Of a DNA stretch of 64,000 nucleotides, positions 60,253 through 64,000 are shown piece after piece. This DNA comes from Terriglobia bacterium (GTDB taxonomy: Bacteria; Acidobacteriota; Terriglobia; 20CM-2-55-15), in contig CBDCLE010000009.1 of assembly GCA_965218585.1 (NCBI GenBank), positions 1 through 64,000 of the forward strand, written 5' to 3'. Position numbers and translations under genes: made by a program. The notes under the pieces were generated by a model, which saw only the letters and a program-made list of their open reading frames with translations, made no database searches and was not told the origin of the DNA. Position 1 is the stretch's first letter; each line of letters starts with the position of its first letter.

Positions 60253-60609
60253 ATGCGCTCATTGATTCTTTTGCAGCTTGTGCTCGGATTTTTGCTCGGC
60301 TCTCCGGCCCAGGATGAAGGAAGCGTGCCCGGGGGAAATACCGACCAAGGGCAGTTCATCTTCAACGACCGTGGATGCTATGCCTGTCACGGCTATGAAG
60401 GTCATGGTGGAGTCGCTGGAGCACGACTGGCTCCGGACCCCATCCCATTCCAGGTGTTCTCGCGATACGTTCGCGAACCGACAGGTCAGATGCCCCCCTA
60501 CACTCGCACGGTGCTTTCGGACACGGAACTGGCAGACGTTTATGTCTTTTTGTCGTCGATACCAGCTGCCCCTCCTGTGGAGAGCATTCCGATACTGGAC
60601 GACGACTAG
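60253..60609 (+). CDS. Mono-heme cytochrome c
   Basis: Signal peptide, CYACH, MPPY axial Met. Confidence 0.9.
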   Translation: MRSLILLQLVLGFLLGSPAQDEGSVPGGNTDQGQFIFNDRGCYACHGYEGHGGVAGARLAPDPIPFQVFSRYVREPTGQMPPYTRTVLSDTELADVYVFLSSIPAAPPVESIPILDDD

Positions 60610-61571
60610 AGCTTGAACAACCCACGGGCATTGGTACGACCGATCTTAATGCGGTCTGTTTCCGACATGGAGGCCTCATCGAACCAGTTCGCGGCCTCGA
60701 TGGCTTCCTCGAACGGATAGTCGACTGAGAACAGAATTCGATCGGATCCGACCTCCAGCATCGCATCGATCAGCGACTGCGTCCGGAAATTGCCGCTCGT
60801 CGTGTGAAAGAAGTTCTCGCGAAGATAGTCCGCCATCTTCTTCTTGGCCCGGATCCCGCGAGGCGTCCTGCTGATCCGATGATCAACCCGCCAGATCATG
60901 TAGGGCAGACCCTCGCCGAGATGGCCGAGAATGACGTTTATTTTTGGATATCGGTCAAACAGGCCGCTGCCCATGAGACGCAGCGCGTGAAGCGCTGTTT
61001 CGGCTCCGAACGCCCATGCCGAACCTCGAAACCAGGGATGTCCTTCGTAGATAGCTTCGCGGCTCACCGGGTCACGGGGGTGGAGGTAGAAGGGGACATC
61101 CAGCTTCTCGACTTCTGCCCAGAACGGCAGATACCGCTCGTCGTCCAGATAGACGACCGCACCGGCTGTGCCGATCTCGGAAAAACCGTTTACGTTTGCC
61201 CCTTTGAAGCCCAGTTCCTTGACGCAGCGGGTCAGTTCGACGATCGCGGCGTCGGGATCCTGCATCGGCAGTGCAGCGAAGCCTCCCAATCGATCACTCC
61301 TTTTCGCCACTGCTTCAGCCAATACATCGTTGGCTTTCTTAGCCAATTCGATAGCCTGGTCGGCCTCTGGTACGCCCTGCACCGCCGGATTGTGCAGCGA
61401 CAGGATGGAATATTCGATCCCGTGCTTGTCCATCTCTACCAGACGCAGGTCGTTCAGGTCGAGCAGGCGTCGCCGCATGTCATCCCACGCCGCGAACCAA
61501 ACCTTGTACAACTCGTCCTGGAGCGTTTCTTCCAGCGCGAAATGCTCTTCCAGGGCAATCTTGCCTTCCAT
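60606..61571 (-). CDS. Amidohydrolase-2 family non-oxidative decarboxylase (dihydroxybenzoate/gamma-resorcylate decarboxylase-like)
   Basis: KIALEEHF, FAALPMQDP, YLHP, GHLGEGLP, TTSGNF, FSVDYPFE. Confidence 0.88.
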   Translation of the reverse strand: MEGKIALEEHFALEETLQDELYKVWFAAWDDMRRRLLDLNDLRLVEMDKHGIEYSILSLHNPAVQGVPEADQAIELAKKANDVLAEAVAKRSDRLGGFAALPMQDPDAAIVELTRCVKELGFKGANVNGFSEIGTAGAVVYLDDERYLPFWAEVEKLDVPFYLHPRDPVSREAIYEGHPWFRGSAWAFGAETALHALRLMGSGLFDRYPKINVILGHLGEGLPYMIWRVDHRISRTPRGIRAKKKMADYLRENFFHTTSGNFRTQSLIDAMLEVGSDRILFSVDYPFEEAIEAANWFDEASMSETDRIKIGRTNARGLFKL

Positions 61572-61815
61572 TCTTTCAGGTCTCCAATCTTTATTTAGAT
61601 TTAGACGCCGTGTTCGTAGTCGCGTGCAGCCCTCGAGTGTGATCGAACGTCACACGCCTGTCCAAACTGAACGGCGAGTGTAACAGCGCCTAATAATAGG
61701 TCGTCGAGTCAGCCGAGCCAAGGGAGAGCTTCCTTGAAATATGGAGAGATATATCTATGCCTAAGCCGGCCGGAGTCCGACCTTGGGTCCGACTACCAAT
61801 GGCGCAGCCCTACTC

Positions 61816-63180
61816 GAGGTCGTTCCAATCGGTGTGTAAAAAGAGAAGGCGGTGTACGCTTTCAGTGAATTCGAAACCGTAAGCAATCCCGGCAGCAATC
61901 GGGAGAAAGGTACACCACCCATGAAGAAGAAGAACATACCGGCATCAGTGGCGTCAACGAACGCGTATGAAGGTTTGGAGGACTGGGCGCGATCCCGGGT
62001 CCAAGTCTGGCTACAGGAGCTGCTCGAGGACGAAGTCACTCAATTTCTGGGTCGGGAAAAGTCGGAGCGGAGTCCGAATCGACGAGGATACCGGAACGGT
62101 CACGGGAAGCCGCGACGCTTCGCAATGATGAACGGTACGATGGAGGTTCGACGACCTCGGGTTCGAAACACCGCCGAGCGGTTCGAGAGTCAGATCCTGC
62201 CGTATTTTCGACGGAAATCGAAACAGCTGGGCGAGCTACTTCCCGATCTCTACCTCCACGGTCTGGCCACAGGGGACTTCGAGCAGGCCATGCGCGGACT
62301 GCTTGGCGCTGGCGCTCCGTTGTCGCGAGCATCGATCCAACGACTGAAATCGACCTGGCAGTTGGAGTATGACGAGTGGGTCCAGCAGGACCTGTCCGGC
62401 CTCGAGGTCGTGTACCAGTGGGCAGACGGCTTGTACGTGAAAGCGGGGATCGCGAAAGAGCGAGCGGCATTGCTGGTGATCATCGGAGCCTTGTCAGACA
62501 GGCGCAAAGTGCTGTTGGCCTGTGAGAGCGGGCAGCGGGAAAGCAAGGAGTCCTGGAGCCGCATTCTGCGCAATCTCCAGAGACGGGGCCTGAAGCTGGG
62601 ACGGCTGACTGTCGCGGACGGTCACCTGGGCATCTGGTCCGCGCTGGCCGAGCAACAGCCCCAGGGCCAGGAACAACGCTGCTGGAACCACAAGTCGATC
62701 AACGTGGTCGATCATCTGCCGAAGACCGAGCAGCCCGCGGCCAGACAGCTGCTTCATGGGATGGCCTTCGCGAACTCCCGCGCGGCCTGCGAACGAAAGC
62801 GGGATCAGTTCGTCCGCCGATATGAGAAGAACTATCCCAAAGCGGGTGAGACGCTGTTGCGGGACTGGGACCGGATGATTACTTTCTATGAGTTCCCGAA
62901 ACAACACTGGGTGCATCTGAGAACGACCAACATCGTCGAATCGCCCTTCGACATGGTTCGTCTCCGCACCAACGCCGCTCGCCGATTCAAGCGTGTCGAG
63001 AATGCAACGGCAATGATCTGGAAGCTACTACGTGTCGCTGAGAAGGCTTGGCGACACTTAAAAGGATCCGAACTCTTACAAGAGGTCTATGATGGTCAGC
63101 AATTCGCTGACGGCATCAGAGTCGTGATGAAATCGAAGGCCGCCGCCTGATGACTTTTACACACCTTTTGTAATGACCTC
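61816..63180 (+). mobile_element. Complete IS256-family element (1365 bp)
   Basis: IRL GAGGTCGTTCCAATCGGTGTGTAAAA vs IRR (revcomp) GAGGTCATTACAAAAGGTGTGTAAAA; 8-bp TSD CCCTACTC at 61808-61815 and 63181-63188. Confidence 0.93.
61921..63150 (+). CDS. IS256 (Mutator) DDE transposase
   Basis: YRNG, LYLHGL-TGDF, WADG, E--ESW, VADG, QRCWNHK, LRTTN-VES. Confidence 0.95.
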   Translation: MKKKNIPASVASTNAYEGLEDWARSRVQVWLQELLEDEVTQFLGREKSERSPNRRGYRNGHGKPRRFAMMNGTMEVRRPRVRNTAERFESQILPYFRRKSKQLGELLPDLYLHGLATGDFEQAMRGLLGAGAPLSRASIQRLKSTWQLEYDEWVQQDLSGLEVVYQWADGLYVKAGIAKERAALLVIIGALSDRRKVLLACESGQRESKESWSRILRNLQRRGLKLGRLTVADGHLGIWSALAEQQPQGQEQRCWNHKSINVVDHLPKTEQPAARQLLHGMAFANSRAACERKRDQFVRRYEKNYPKAGETLLRDWDRMITFYEFPKQHWVHLRTTNIVESPFDMVRLRTNAARRFKRVENATAMIWKLLRVAEKAWRHLKGSELLQEVYDGQQFADGIRVVMKSKAAA

Positions 63181-63275
63181 CCCTACTCCAGGCGTTTTGA
63201 CTATCTGCAGAAGCATCCTTGCTGTAAAGTAAGGCGATTTTTCAGCGAAACTCGTTTCTGTATGGAGGTCCAGAC

Positions 63276-64000
63276 ATGCGTCGAGTCTTGATCGCGCTAC
63301 TTTTATTGGTTCCCTTGTCGCTCACCATCGACGCTTCGGCTCAGGGCGACGCTGAAGCTGGCGGGATTCTCTGGCAGAACCGTGGCCTGAACCGTTGCGT
63401 GGATTGCCATGGCACGAACGGGGAAGGGGCTTTCGGGCCGGATCTGGCGGGACGTGGGTTGACGCTGGGCCAGTTCATACGGGCAGTGAGGGAGCCATGG
63501 GGCATCATGCCCGCCTACCCCCCGATCCTGTACAGCGACCAGGATCTCGCAAACCTTCATGCCTATCTGACGAGTCTGCCCCGAGTTGAAGAACCCGGGT
63601 CCTGGCGCATCCCGCTCCCACCCAACGCACCCCGCGCGCAGGAGCTACTGATCGGAGGCGTGGGCTGTGCACAGTGTCATGGGGATGGACTGGGGGGGCC
63701 CCGCGCCGACGCAGGTTCCCTCGACGCCGACTTCAAGTGGTGGAAGGACCTGGTCTACGACCACGCGACCACCATGCCGGGAGTTCGGGCGGACCTCGGG
63801 GAGAATCCCGGTCCCGTTCGGATGGGCAACTATTCGCGCGCGCGGTTGCCCGAGAGTGTTCTCGAAGAGATCTTCGTCTATCTTCATGACGTACTCGGGT
63901 ACCGGGTGGCTATTTCTTCGAGGGTAACGCGAGGGGATGCCCCCGGCTCCTACAACCTTGTGATCGAGAATGAGGGGAGGGAAGGACTCGGACTAACGGC
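63276..64000 (+). CDS. Di-heme (or larger) cytochrome c; runs off the window edge
   Basis: Manual translation after GGAGG: signal peptide ASA|Q, CVDCH-GPDL-MPAY, CAQCH; no stop before the window end. Confidence 0.85.
   Translation, partial: MRRVLIALLLLVPLSLTIDASAQGDAEAGGILWQNRGLNRCVDCHGTNGEGAFGPDLAGRGLTLGQFIRAVREPWGIMPAYPPILYSDQDLANLHAYLTSLPRVEEPGSWRIPLPPNAPRAQELLIGGVGCAQCHGDGLGGPRADAGSLDADFKWWKDLVYDHATTMPGVRADLGENPGPVRMGNYSRARLPESVLEEIFVYLHDVLGYRVAISSRVTRGDAPGSYNLVIENEGREGLGLT

Noticed and set aside
61772-61797. REP-like hairpin beside the IS256 target site
   Set aside because: Single imperfect copy with no match to the main REP family, too weak to claim REP targeting.
1-64000. Genome-wide TGA reassignment (genetic code 4 or 25)
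   Set aside because: Many genes end at TGA in the expected place, including coupled ATGA/GTGA/TTGA overlaps (53452, 40741, 48317). The internal TGAs also imply different residues.

Overview
A GC-rich (~58-60% by eye) bacterial chromosome segment. It is probably Acidobacteriota, inferred from an ADOP-type permease, DUF5916, DUF6152 and several PQQ/cytochrome genes, and it is dominated by exported proteins. The centre (~16-39 kb) holds a 21-gene array built from four uncharacterised secreted families: family A (8 copies), a metallo-beta-lactamase-fold hydrolase (5), a DUF6152-like His-His protein (3) and family C (5). They repeat as A-MBL-(D)-C modules with conserved frameworks and hypervariable loops, and this array is the best candidate for an undescribed system. 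Around it are a PQQ dehydrogenase/cytochrome c pair, a Co-type nitrile hydratase operon, hydrolases and aromatic-catabolism enzymes, a Tat-signal ThDP enzyme with cytochrome c, tRNA-Cys, a tRNA-Gly 3' remnant, dispersed GTAG-type REPs, a perfect 52-bp palindrome and an intact IS256 with an 8-bp target duplication. Five genes carry in-frame TGA codons or homopolymer frameshifts, which may be read or assembly errors. All family assignments come from motif recognition by eye, not database searches.
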